From Nitrospirota bacterium (lineage in GTDB: Bacteria; Nitrospirota; JACRHJ01), in NCBI GenBank assembly GCA_963733375.1, contig CAVTDB010000009.1:1-64000 (forward strand): a DNA stretch of 64,000 bases, written 5' to 3'. A program made the position numbers and the translations under genes. Shown here in pieces: positions 24,925-35,139 of this stretch. Within the stretch, counting starts at the first letter, position 1, and each line of letters begins with the position of its first letter. The notes below the pieces were generated by a model. It saw only the letters and a program-made list of their open reading frames with translations. It was not told the origin of the DNA and made no database searches.

Positions 24925-26120
24925 CTTCTATACCCTGCGTTTATCTTGACGTACTCGTAGCTCAAATCCGTCGTGAATACGCGCGCGGTCGCATCCCCCA
25001 CGCCGAGCTTCACGGTTATTTTAAATTCCTTCTTTTTCAGCACCTGCGAGGCCTTTTCTTCCGCTTTCGGCCCCAGGCCCACGCCGCCCTTCACCATGCA
25101 GACTTTATCGAACCATATCTCAAGCTTTTCGGCGTCCATCTTCGCGCCGGAATATCCCGCCGCGCAGGCGATGCGGCCCCAGTTCGCGTCCTCGGCGAAT
25201 AACGCGGTCTTCACCAGCGGGGAGTTGGAAACGGCCTTGGCGGCTTTTTTGGCGTCGGCAGGATTTGCCGCGCCTGTGATTACCACCTCCACCAGCTTCG
25301 TGGCCCCCTCGCCGTCTTTGGCCACCATCTTCGAAAGCGCAAGCAATACCGCGCCCAGCGTTTCTTTAAACTGTCCGTATTCCGCGCTTTTTTGGGTTAT
25401 CGTCTCGTTTCCCGCCATGCCGTTTGCGAGGATGATGACCGTATCGTTGGTCGAGGTGTCTCCGTCCACGGTGACGCAGTTGAAGGAGTCGTCCACGCCT
25501 TCCTTAAGCGCCGCAGAGAGGGCGCGCTTCTCCACCGCCGCGTCCGTTATTATGAACGAGAGCATCGTGGCCATGTCCGGGTTTATCATCCCGGAGCCTT
25601 TGGCTATACCCGCAATCCGTATTTCCTTCCCGCCGATTTTCTCCGAGACGCCGTAAATTTTGGGGAAGGTATCGGTCGTTAGAATGGCCTTCGCCGCGTC
25701 CAGGAGACCGTCTTCTTTCAGGGAGGCGGGCAGGAGTTTTACGCCGGCGGCCATCCTGTCCATCGGGAGGTTGGCCCCTATGACGCCCGTGGAGGCGACG
25801 AATACGTCCGAGGTATTAACTCCCAGGGCCTCGCCCGTCAGGTGCGCGGTTTTCAGCGCGTCGTTCATCCCCTTCAGGCCGTTGCAGGCGTTTGCGTTTC
25901 CGCTGTTTGCGACAATCGCCCGGACGGTGCGGCCCTTCAGCACCTCCATATCCAGGAGTACCGGGGCGGCCTTCACCTTGTTTTTCGTGAACACCGCCGC
26001 GGGGGTGGCCGGGACTTCCGAATAAATAAGCGACAGGTCGAGGCGGCCCGGCTTCTTTATCGCGGCCTCTACCGCGCCGAACCTGAAACCGGGGACGGTA
26101 TAAATTTTAAGTTCTTTCAA
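24921..26120 (-). CDS. argJ: Bifunctional ornithine acetyltransferase ArgJ
   Basis: NSGNANAC, STGVIG, KGSGMI.PDMATML, DGDTSTNDT, DGEGATK, ANWGR. Confidence 0.98.
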   Translation of the reverse strand: MKELKIYTVPGFRFGAVEAAIKKPGRLDLSLIYSEVPATPAAVFTKNKVKAAPVLLDMEVLKGRTVRAIVANSGNANACNGLKGMNDALKTAHLTGEALGVNTSDVFVASTGVIGANLPMDRMAAGVKLLPASLKEDGLLDAAKAILTTDTFPKIYGVSEKIGGKEIRIAGIAKGSGMINPDMATMLSFIITDAAVEKRALSAALKEGVDDSFNCVTVDGDTSTNDTVIILANGMAGNETITQKSAEYGQFKETLGAVLLALSKMVAKDGEGATKLVEVVITGAANPADAKKAAKAVSNSPLVKTALFAEDANWGRIACAAGYSGAKMDAEKLEIWFDKVCMVKGGVGLGPKAEEKASQVLKKKEFKITVKLGVGDATARVFTTDLSYEYVKINAGYRS

Positions 26121-26135
26121 AATACCCCCAAGATC

Positions 26136-26235
26136 GTAACTTTTCTTTCAGGGAAAAGAAAGTAACACCAAAAGAAAAGCGGAACTGTTTTAACTCAAAA
26201 GTTTTTGGCGTATACCTTTTTTACAAAAAGGTAAC
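26136..26235. repeat. Double-hairpin element, copy B (between argC and argJ)
   Basis: GTAACTTTTCTTTC..GAAAAGAAAGTAACACCAAAAGAAAAGCGGAAC...TTTTTGGCGTATACCTTTTT..AAAAAGGTAAC. Confidence 0.85.
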
Positions 26236-26239
26236 GGTT

Positions 26240-27280
26240 TTAAGGAAACATCCCCAAATTTTTCAGTCCCAGCGTCTCGTCCCATCCCATCATGATATTC
26301 ATATTCTGCACGGCCTGGCCCGCCGCGCCCTTCACGAGGTTATCGATCGCGGAGACGATTACCGCCCTGCCCGTGCGCGGGTCGGAATAAACCCCGATGT
26401 CGCAGAAGTTGGAGCCTTTCACGGCGTTCACGTTCGGATACGCGCCCGGCCCCAGCACGCGTACAAAAAATTCCTTCTTGTAGAACTTGGCATACAGCAC
26501 CGCCAGTTGCTCGGAAGACGCCCATTTTGCAAGTTTAGCGTAGGCAGTCGTGAGTATCCCGCGGTTCATGGGAGCTAAGTGCGGGGTGAACGAAACATTA
26601 AACTCTTTCCCGGCCAGCGCGGAGAGTTCCTGCTCTATCTCCGGGGTGTGCCTGTGCACGCCCACCTTGTACGCGGTAAGGCCCTCGTTCGCCTCCGGGA
26701 AGTGGTAAGCCTGCGCCGGAGTTCGACCCGCGCCGGATACGCCGGAGTGCGAGTCCACGATGATGCTGTCCAGTTCCACAAGGCCCGCCTTCACGAGCGG
26801 CGCAAGCGCAAGTATCGCGCTGGTGGGGTAGCAGCCGGGGTTGCCGACGATGCGCGCCCTTTTGATTTCCTCGCGGTGCAGTTCCGGCAGTCCGTAAACG
26901 GACATGAACGCGAGGCCCGGCTGTTGGTGCTCCTCGCCGTACCATTTCTGATAGACGCTAATGTCTTTGAAACGGTAGTCCGCGGAGAGGTCTATGACGC
27001 GCTTCCCGATGCCGATAAATTTCGCCGCCGCGTCCATCGCCGTCATGTGCGGGACGGCAAGGAAGATGATGTCCGCCTTGGATGCGATAACGGACGGATC
27101 AAGCTTCTCCAGCGTCAGGTTCGTCAGCCTGGCCAGGTGCGGGAACAGGGCGAGCACGCTCTGCCCCTCCGATTTCTCCGACGTCACCGCCGTAACTTCC
27201 ACTTCCGGATGCCCCAGGAGTATGCGTAAAAGCTCTCCCCCCGCGTATCCGCTCGAACCTACTACTGCGACTTTTAGCAT
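26240..27280 (-). CDS. argC: N-acetyl-gamma-glutamyl-phosphate reductase
   Basis: GSSGYAGGEL, DLSADYR, YGLPE, NPGCYPT, SGVSGAG, DNLVKGAAGQAVQNMN. Confidence 0.98.
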   Translation of the reverse strand: MLKVAVVGSSGYAGGELLRILLGHPEVEVTAVTSEKSEGQSVLALFPHLARLTNLTLEKLDPSVIASKADIIFLAVPHMTAMDAAAKFIGIGKRVIDLSADYRFKDISVYQKWYGEEHQQPGLAFMSVYGLPELHREEIKRARIVGNPGCYPTSAILALAPLVKAGLVELDSIIVDSHSGVSGAGRTPAQAYHFPEANEGLTAYKVGVHRHTPEIEQELSALAGKEFNVSFTPHLAPMNRGILTTAYAKLAKWASSEQLAVLYAKFYKKEFFVRVLGPGAYPNVNAVKGSNFCDIGVYSDPRTGRAVIVSAIDNLVKGAAGQAVQNMNIMMGWDETLGLKNLGMFP

Positions 27281-27589
27281 GATTCTTTAATTATGTAGTT
27301 GTTGAATTTAGCCTCTAAAATGCCTTTTTCAAGCATATCCAAATTGAATAAATAATCTATATGATTAAAAGCTTCTCTTGGCCTTTGTGTCACTTGCCAT
27401 CCAAGCCATCTGTTATCCATGTTTCCGTGCCCTATCGATTGCTTCATAGATAATCGATTCACAATTCATGCACATAACATCCGGGATGTCATCATCATCA
27501 GCTATGAACCCATCAAATTCTTTTTTTATTTTCCCGTACATTAGGCCAAGACATCGTTAATCCTCTATTAGCATTTTTTTGCAAATTTG

Positions 27590-28250
27590 TTCCATAAATA
27601 CTCGTAATTTTATACTTCCCTTTATTATCAATAAACTCCAGAAATTATTATCACGCAGAATTTGAGCTGTGCCTTATCTTTGCTTTTATATTTTTATTAT
27701 TCGGATGTAAGTGCCTCAGATATTCCTAAAGAATATATCTCTTCAAGTTCAAAATCCGGCTTTCCGATTTCATGAATGCAGTACATTATATCGTTAACAT
27801 CTCCTCGATTCTATCCTAACATTTTTTAAAAAGCTTTCAATTCCACCCGATTGCTCGGACCTTTCCGGCTTTAAAATCTTCCCATCCTCGATGATTATTA
27901 TTTTGCCTTCATCGGCAATATTTTGATAAACGGATGTTGCAACCTACCCAACCGTGCCTTCTTGCAATTTCGAAAGCGGCTTTCTCTTCTCGAAAATCGA
28001 ATTTGAAAGGATTCGTGATTCAAGTTCTGTGCGTAATAATTTGTTGTCGTGAAATGGAGGAACAAAAAATTCGGCAATTTATAGCTTCATTACTGTTATC
28101 AAGACATTCGCCGCCGTTTTCCTCCCCCAATGATTGACTGGATTTTGTTGCTCATTACATTCAGGACAATGAATTCGGCAACCTTTATTATTATTTGGAA
28201 AGTTCTAATATTTCAGATGACAAGCGAGACAATATCATCTGTCCCCCCAC
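27590..28250 (-). pseudogene. DpnI/Dam-replacing-family methylation-dependent restriction endonuclease, heavily frameshifted
   Basis: Fragments across frames: PNNN.VA.F.CPECNEQ; LPNFLFLHF; KPLS..ARRHGWVGCNI; NIADEGKIIIIEDGKI; DIMYCIHEIGKPDFELEEIYS; LHPNNKNIKAKIR.QL..LRDN...EFIDNKGKY. Confidence 0.8.
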
Positions 28251-28257
28251 ATTCCTA

Positions 28258-28475
28258 TCATATGATATTTACATCTTCGCCTATTTGCGCATATGACTTC
28301 GCCGCCCTAATATCCTCCGCAGTAATAGATGCGTATCTTTTCAAAATTTCATCTTCAGCTTCCATCCCCAAACTTAAATACCGAGTATTTCGGCTACCAT
28401 TATCGTCGTGCCCTTAAAGAAGGCCTTCCCGTGACATCCATGGGGGGCGAGGGAAATTCTCTCTTTCCAGTCCAT
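28258..28475 (-). CDS. DUF433-domain protein (antitoxin-like), one indel
   Basis: MDWKERISLAPHGCHGKAFFKGTTIMVAEIL / YLSLGMEAEDEILKRYASITAEDIRAAKSYA. Confidence 0.8.
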
Positions 28476-29032
28476 AGAGGGCCTCAAATTTTTTGCGGGT
28501 ACAAATTAAATTTATGCTAACACAACTCACAATCAAAATTTGCAGTCAATCAATTTTTGGGCATCCGAGTTACTGCAACTCCCGCTCTTAATAACCCCTC
28601 CTGCTTAATCGGGCTAAGCCGTCGCCGGTTCATAATTATTCAGAAATGAATGAAAAAATCAACGAATCCCGTCCGGGTATCATATACACGGTTTTTTCAG
28701 GGCAAAAACACCCATTTTCGGGGGTCAAGGGACGGGTTTACGATACACCGATTTTTAAGGGTATTTAAGCGATTTTCCCCTTGTTTTAAATAGAGTTACG
28801 CTCACTTTTGCGAACGATTCCTGCCTCACGTTTTTGATTTTCCAAGTATTTGAAAATTAAGGATATTTTTTGCCCCTAAAAACCGGATTTTCAGCAAAAT
28901 GCGGATTTTTCGCATCCCAAAATGAAACTCGGCTCGCCTCTGGAAAACCTGAAAATTGGAAATAAAAAAGGGGGCCGCTTATCACAGCCCCCTCTGGTTC
29001 GCATAAAACGGGCGAATCCTGATGTTCCCGGA

Positions 29033-29426
29033 TTACCTCTTGGAGAACTGGAATTTCTTCCTCGCGCCCGGCTGGCCGTACTTCTTGCGCTCGACCACTC
29101 TCGGGTCGCGCGGTAAGAAGGCCCGCCTTCTTCAGCGCGCTCCGAAGCTCGCCGTCAACCTCAAGCAAAGCCTTGGAAATTCCGTGCCTTAACGCGCCCG
29201 CCTGACCGGATGTGCCGCCGCCGGATACCAGTGCGTTCACGTTGAACTTGCCAATCATATTGACCAGCTCAAGCGGCTGGTTGATTATCATGCGAAGCAC
29301 CTCGCGGCCGAAGTAGTCTTCCATCGTCCTGCCGTTTATGCTGAACTTGCCCTCGCCCATCGAAAGCCATACCCGGGCAATGGAGTTCTTCCTCTTGCCG
29401 GTGGCGTAAAATTTCGTCTCTGCCAT
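29033..29426 (-). CDS. rpsI: 30S ribosomal protein S9 (indel near the 3' end)
   Basis: [25 protein letters not shown], then [24 protein letters not shown] in a shifted frame. Confidence 0.97.
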
Positions 29427-29881
29427 TAGTCGGTTCTCCCTTTACAGCCTTCTATTTTCATGGGTTCGGGCCTCTGAGCTTCATGCGGATGCTCCGAGCC
29501 GGAATATACTTTCATCTTCAATATCAGGTCCCGGCCAAGCGGGTTATGCGGAAGCATGCCTTTCACGGCGGCCTTGATGACCTCTTCCGGCCTGCTCTTC
29601 AGTAGCTTGCCCGCCGTGATGGACTTCAGCCCGCCCGGATACCCGGAGTGATGATAGTACTGCTTGTCATCGAGCTTATTGCCGGTGAGCTTGATCTTCT
29701 CCGCATTTATAACGACAACAAAATCGCCAGCATCAACGTGCGGCGTGAATATCGTTTTATGCTTTCCCCTGAGGACGGAGGCAACCTTCGTGGCAAGCCT
29801 TCCGAGAACCACGCCGGAGGCGTCCACCACGAACCATTTCCTGTCCACTTCGTTCTTTTTTGCCGATACCGTGCTCATCAT
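29426..29881 (-). CDS. rplM: 50S ribosomal protein L13
   Basis: W.VVDA...LGRLA, LRGKHK..FTPHVD.GD, HSGYPGG, HPH.AQ.P. Confidence 0.98.
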   Translation of the reverse strand: MMSTVSAKKNEVDRKWFVVDASGVVLGRLATKVASVLRGKHKTIFTPHVDAGDFVVVINAEKIKLTGNKLDDKQYYHHSGYPGGLKSITAGKLLKSRPEEVIKAAVKGMLPHNPLGRDLILKMKVYSGSEHPHEAQRPEPMKIEGCKGRTD

Positions 29882-29935
29882 TATCCTCTTTTGGCCCGCC
29901 TTGAATTTTATAATGACCATCCCCGCGAAAGTGGA

Positions 29936-29964
29936 ACTATATGTAAATTATGACTGTTTGTCAA
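29936..29964 (-). promoter_or_regulatory. sigma70-type promoter of rplM-rpsI
   Basis: TTGACA-N17-TATAGT. Confidence 0.65.
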
Positions 29965-29974
29965 GAGAAAAAAT

Positions 29975-31687
29975 ATGCTAAGATACGCGCTCATGGACAT
30001 ATCCGTATTTAAAGCCGTCATATCCGAGCTTGCCCGGTGCCTGCCGGGCAAAAGACTCGCGGAAATAGCCGAAGGGCAATCGGGGGAGTTCTATCTCCTT
30101 TTCAAGGGCGAGGGAGGGAAAATAACCCTGCTCATCTCCCCCCGGCCGCAGTCCCCACGGATACACCTGCTATCGGGAAAGCCGAAAGATTTGCGGGAGT
30201 TGACTCCCTTCGGCCAGAGCCTCGCGAACCTTTTGCTTGGCTCCAGACTCCTGTCCATCGAACAGGAGGGCCTGGAGCGTGTGGCGTTGTTTAATTTTAG
30301 CAGAAAAACCGGCAAAGATGAAGCGGCGGTAACTCTTATATTCGAGATGGCCGGGAAAAAGCCGGAGCTTATCGTCCTGGACGCGGAGGGAAAAATACTG
30401 CTCGCGCAGTCTTATGTCGCCTTGGAGGAGGGGTCAAGGGTCATCTTGCCTGGGCTTTTTTATGAACCTCCGCCGGTGCCGGACAAGCAGGACCCATATA
30501 ATATAACTGCCGGCGATATAAGGGATATAATCCGGGAAAACCCGGAAATGCCGCCGGATAAGGCGCTGTTTAATAAAATCGGCGGCTTGAGCCCCCTGCT
30601 TGCCCGCGAGGTAGCGGCGGCGGGAAATTCGGACCCGGAGAAGCTGGCGGAGGCGCTTAAAAATCTGATCCATGAACTCGTTGCGGAAAAGTTCGCGCCG
30701 CGGATTTACGAGACGGAGAAGGGGCCGGTCCTGGCCGCGGGTCCGCTTTCGCAGTTCGGGGATGCGCCGTTTCTGGAGTTTTCCTCCGTGAACGAGGCGG
30801 CGGAGGCTTTTTATAGCGCGGCCGAGACGCGCCGGGCGTTCCAGTCGGCGAAAGCGGGGCTTCTGCGGAAGCTTAAGGCGGAGCTATCGAGCGCTCGTAA
30901 GAAGGCGCAGGCTATAGAGTCGGACCTGGCAAGGGCGGAGAAGGCGGAGCAGTACCAGCTGTTCGCCCAGACGCTGATGGCGTCTTTGAACCAGGTCCCT
31001 GCAAGGGCGGAACAGGTTTCGTTAACCGACTATGTAACCGGCAATACGGTTGAAATCCTCCTGGACCCGAAGCTTGGCGCCGTGGAGAACGCGCAGGAAT
31101 ATTTTAAAAAGGCAAAGAAGGCGCGGGCGGCTTTGAAGCTTCTCCGGGAGCGGCATACGGCGGCGAGGGCGGAGCTGGAGACGCTCGAAGCGCGGCTGGA
31201 ACAGCTGGAAACGGCGGCGGAAATGGAGGGCCTCAGGCCATATCTCCCGGAGCCGAAGCGCGGGAAAAGAATTACCTGTCCAGAGCGACAGCGAAGACAG
31301 AAAATCAAAGCCGCTAAAAATGCGCTTCCGGAATTCCCGTCGTTTACGACGTCGGACGGGTACCTGGTGCTTATCGGGAAGAATTCGAAGATGAACGACC
31401 TGCTTACGTTCAAGGCGGCTCAGTCCATGGACCTCTGGCTCCACGCCCAGGGATACCGGGGCTCGCACGTTATCGTCCGGAACCCGGCCCGCCGCCCGGA
31501 CATACCGCTTTCTACAATCCTTCAGGCGGCGGAGGCGGCGGCGTATTACTCCGAGGCAAAAAAGGAAAGCTCCGCGCCGGTGGATTATACCTTCGTGAAA
31601 TACGTCCGGAAAATGAAGGACGGCGCGCCCGGCGCGGTGATTTTTACGGGTAACAAGACGGTATTCGTGGAGCCGAAGAAAAAATAA
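29975..31687 (+). CDS. NFACT/RqcH (FbpA-family) ribosome quality-control protein
   Basis: Q..LERV, ENAQ.YFKKAKK, IGKNS..ND.LT, DLWLHA..RGSHV, AA..AAYYS, VDYT..KYVRK..PG.V. Confidence 0.92.
   Translation: MLRYALMDISVFKAVISELARCLPGKRLAEIAEGQSGEFYLLFKGEGGKITLLISPRPQSPRIHLLSGKPKDLRELTPFGQSLANLLLGSRLLSIEQEGLERVALFNFSRKTGKDEAAVTLIFEMAGKKPELIVLDAEGKILLAQSYVALEEGSRVILPGLFYEPPPVPDKQDPYNITAGDIRDIIRENPEMPPDKALFNKIGGLSPLLAREVAAAGNSDPEKLAEALKNLIHELVAEKFAPRIYETEKGPVLAAGPLSQFGDAPFLEFSSVNEAAEAFYSAAETRRAFQSAKAGLLRKLKAELSSARKKAQAIESDLARAEKAEQYQLFAQTLMASLNQVPARAEQVSLTDYVTGNTVEILLDPKLGAVENAQEYFKKAKKARAALKLLRERHTAARAELETLEARLEQLETAAEMEGLRPYLPEPKRGKRITCPERQRRQKIKAAKNALPEFPSFTTSDGYLVLIGKNSKMNDLLTFKAAQSMDLWLHAQGYRGSHVIVRNPARRPDIPLSTILQAAEAAAYYSEAKKESSAPVDYTFVKYVRKMKDGAPGAVIFTGNKTVFVEPKKK
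31271..31302. repeat. Short repeat, copy 2, in-frame inside NFACT
   Basis: ATTACCTGTCCAGAGCGACAGCGAAGACAGAA, translated as ITCPERQRRQK. Confidence 0.75.
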
Positions 31688-31690
31688 ACC

Positions 31691-32002
31691 TTACCACTGG
31701 CTGATGCCGCCGGAGAGGTTCTTCACGCGGTCGTACCCGAGGCTTTTTAATTTCCGGCAGGCGAACAAGCTCCGCATCCCGCTCGCGCAGTAAACCACCA
31801 CCTCTTTATTTTTCGGGACCTCTTTCGCCCGCGCATCCAGCTCGTTTAAGGGGATCAGCTTCGCGCCGTCGATCTTGCGGCTCTTATACTCGCCGGGGGT
31901 GCGCACGTCCAATAAAAAGAAATCCTCTTTCCTGCCCCGCTTTGCCTTGAGTTCCTGAGAGTTTATATCCTTGCAGCCCATCACCCATGAAAGAAGTCCC
32001 AT
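31691..32002 (-). CDS. Single-domain rhodanese
   Basis: LLDVRTPGEY, YCASGMRS, NLSGGI..W. Confidence 0.93.
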   Translation of the reverse strand: MGLLSWVMGCKDINSQELKAKRGRKEDFFLLDVRTPGEYKSRKIDGAKLIPLNELDARAKEVPKNKEVVVYCASGMRSLFACRKLKSLGYDRVKNLSGGISQW

Positions 32003-32062
32003 TGCATCTCCTTGAAATTATTGTTGATAGGATATTATAGCAGGAACGAGCGGCGGATTAAA

Positions 32063-32906
32063 TCATTTTTTGGCGAAATCGCCGCCGGAGACGATTTTCT
32101 GGCGGACGGCCTCGTAGAGGATTACGGAGGCCGCGGAGGCCACGTTCAGGGAGTCTATCATCGTGGACATCGGGATGGTTACCTTCTGGTCAGTGAGCAT
32201 TATGGCCTCGAGAGGAAGGCCGGCCCCTTCCTGTCCTAAAAGCAGGACGGTCGGTTTCGTGTAGTCCACGTCAAAATACCTTATCCTCGCGGAGACCGTT
32301 CCCGCGACTACCTGATAGCCTTTTGATTTCATATTCTTGATAAAGTCTTCCAGGGAGGGTGCCCGAAAGGTCGGGAGCCGGAAAATGCTGCCCATAGTCG
32401 CCCGGAGCGCCTTCGGGTTGTAGAAATCGACTGTCCCCGGCGTCGTGACGACCCCGCCCGCGCCCGCCGCGTCCGCCACCCTTACGATGGTGCCCAGGTT
32501 CCCCGGGTCCTGGAGGAGATGGGCCACTACGACCATCGGGATAAGTCCCTTCCCAAGGTCTTCTTCCGAAAAAGTCTCCGGCTCAACTAACGCCATCACC
32601 CCCTGGCTCGTCTTTGTCTCCGAGAGGTAATCCACTACCCGGTCCGCCACCCATAACACTTCGACCCCCTGCTCCACCGCGGACTCAACTAACATCGCCG
32701 CCCTTTCGTTCTGCGCGGCATGGGGGGTGATTATGAGTTTCCGGACGCAGCATCTGACGCTCAAGTATTTCTTCGGTTATCCTGATGCCTTCGATCAGGA
32801 ACCTGCCTTCCTTCAGGCGGTTCCTGGCAAGAGAGAGGGATTTCAGGTATTTTATGGTCTTGTTGCTGCGGCTTATGATTATCTCACGGGCCTGATCCAT
32901 CATCAT
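32063..32906 (-). CDS. TrmH/SpoU-family RNA methyltransferase (indel)
   Basis: FLIEG; QDPGNLGTIVR.ADAAG, KALRATMGS, G.EG.GL, DSLNVA.AA.VILYE. Confidence 0.92.
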
Positions 32907-33353
32907 CGGGCGGCCCTTCCGGGTACGCTGAAAGTGAAGGTCCCTTCGGCGGCAAGCTCACCGTCTATCTCCGCCCTGCCCTTAAACCTTGCCAGGCCCA
33001 TGGCGGCGGCCTCGAATTCGACGGAATATTTTATCTCGTCGCCTGTCACTGGCCGTTTATGGAATCTGGCGTCCGTTACGGCGGCCAGGAAACCGGATTC
33101 CGGCTTTGATCCGGCGATTATCAGATACGGCAGATGCGGCAGGCGCGGCGGCGACGGCGGCAAGTTGTGCCATGCCTTCGATAAGGAACACCTGCGGATA
33201 TAGCGGCGAGGCGGGATTAAAAGACGAGCCTGCGGTTACTTTTTTGATGGCTGAAGCGAATTTTCCGGGGATTAGCTCAACGACCCTGTCGAGCATCACG
33301 AAGGGGAACGAATGCGGGATGGATGTCCCTATGTCTGCCGCGTCTCTTCTCAT
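32903..33353 (-). CDS. FabZ/FabA-like hotdog dehydratase (indel)
   Basis: IPH..PFVMLDRV, LIEGMAQ, ARFHK.V..GD, GE.AAEG. Confidence 0.8.
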
Positions 33354-33466
33354 TTGTGCATTTTTGCCGGGGGTAAGGATGACTGCGGACTAAAACTAAG
33401 CCATGATAACTTCTAAAACTCAAATAATCAAGCCCTTTTATTTACATAGTTATCCCTAAATTTCAG

Positions 33467-34212
33467 TTATATAGTTATCCCTCCGTCCACGGCAATGGTC
33501 TGGCCGGTTATGTAAGCGGCGTCCTCCGAGGCCAGAAATAGCGCGGCATCCGCAATATTTTCCGGGTTGCCGAACTTTGAGAGAGGGATATGAGATAGAA
33601 GCTCCTGTCTGACTCTCTCCGGCAGGGTTTCGGTCATCTCCGTATTTATCACTCCAGGCGCTACGGCGTTTACGGTTATCCCGAAAGGGGCAAGCTCCCT
33701 CGCCAGCGACTTTAGTCATGGAGATTACCCCGCCCTTCGAAGCGGAATAGTTCGTCTGCCCGGCCCGGCCGGTAATCGCGGAGGGCGAGGCCATGTTTAT
33801 TATCCTGCCGTATTTCGCCCCTATCATCCCCCGGCAGGCGGCCTTGGAGCAGTTAAACGTGCCCTTCAGGTTCACCGCGATAACCCTGTCCCAGTCCTCC
33901 TCCCGCATCAGCATCAGGAAGCCGTCTTTTATCACGCCCGCGCAGTTCACGAGCAGAAGAGGCACTCCCAGCTCCGCCTTTATCCTGTCGAATGCCTGGG
34001 CGACCTGGGCCGAATCGGACACGTCCGCTTTTATGGTTATGGATTTTCCGATTGCCTGGGCTTTGGAGAGGAAATCTTCGGCGGATTTATCGTCGCCGTG
34101 ATAGACGGCGGCGACCGCGGCTCCTTCCCGAAGGAAAGCGAGAGATATGGCGCGCCCGATGCCTTTCGTGCCGCCGGTCACTATGGCGGCCCTGCCGGTC
34201 AAGAAGGCCCAT
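33467..34212 (-). CDS. 3-oxoacyl-ACP reductase (FabG-like SDR; indels)
   Basis: TGGTKGIG, NCAG..KD, GQTNYSASKGG, PG.INTEM, YITGQTI.VDGG. Confidence 0.92.
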
Positions 34213-35129
34213 TACACCCTCGCCAGCAGGATGTCCTCGGCAGGCGTCGCCTTGACGGTCCTGTTAACCCACTTCACCATCCTGGTCAGCGCGCTGCCGG
34301 GGCCCACTTCGATGAAGTTATCAGACCCTTCGCTTATCAGCTTTTGTACCGAGTCCTTCCAGGGGACCTTCGAGTGCAGGTGCCTTCCGAGGACGTCGGC
34401 GATTTTTGCGGGGCTGTCGATGAACTGCGCGTCGATGTATGACAGAAGCGGGATGCGCGGGGGCAGGAAATTAATTTCTCCGACGTCCGCCCGGAAAGCC
34501 TTCGAGGCGTCTTCCATCAGGGGGGAATGATACGGCGCGCCCATCGGGATGACGTACGCATGAAGCGCCCCCTTTAAAAGCGATATCCGGACGGCCTCAT
34601 TTACCGCACCCGCAAGCCCTGAAACCAGTATCTGTCTCGCCGCGTTGACATTGGATATCCAGACGCCACCGAACTCCTCGGCGGCTTCTTTGCAGATACT
34701 CTCCATCTCCGCCTCGGACAGGCCGATTACGGCGGCCATCGTGCCGGGATTTTTTTTGCTTTGTCTCAGGGCGTGCGTGCCTGCGGCCATTACAAGCCTT
34801 AAGCCGTCCTCGAAAGAGACGGCGCCGCAGGCAACGAGCGCGGAATAAAAACCCAGACTGTATCCGGTGACCGCTTCCGGCGCGAAGCCCTCATTGGTGA
34901 CCCACAGCCTCCATGCCTCGTTGCAGACGTACACACAGAGCTGGGCGGGGAGGTCGTTATTCAGTTCCTCCAGAGGCCCTTCAAACGACAGTTTTTTTAA
35001 ATCTAGCCCGGACAGCGCGGACGCGCTATCGTAAGGCCCGCGCACCTGCGGAAAACTATTATATAATTCCCGGCCCATGCCTGGAAACTGCGAGCCCTGC
35101 CCCGGGAAGATGAATACGGTCTTGCCCAA
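34212..35129 (-). CDS. ACP S-malonyltransferase-like (FabD-like)
   Basis: FPGQGSQ, GYSLG nucleophile motif, YHS.LM, EVGPG..L. Confidence 0.9.
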   Translation of the reverse strand: MGKTVFIFPGQGSQFPGMGRELYNSFPQVRGPYDSASALSGLDLKKLSFEGPLEELNNDLPAQLCVYVCNEAWRLWVTNEGFAPEAVTGYSLGFYSALVACGAVSFEDGLRLVMAAGTHALRQSKKNPGTMAAVIGLSEAEMESICKEAAEEFGGVWISNVNAARQILVSGLAGAVNEAVRISLLKGALHAYVIPMGAPYHSPLMEDASKAFRADVGEINFLPPRIPLLSYIDAQFIDSPAKIADVLGRHLHSKVPWKDSVQKLISEGSDNFIEVGPGSALTRMVKWVNRTVKATPAEDILLARV

Positions 35130-35139
35130 AATCTCTCCC

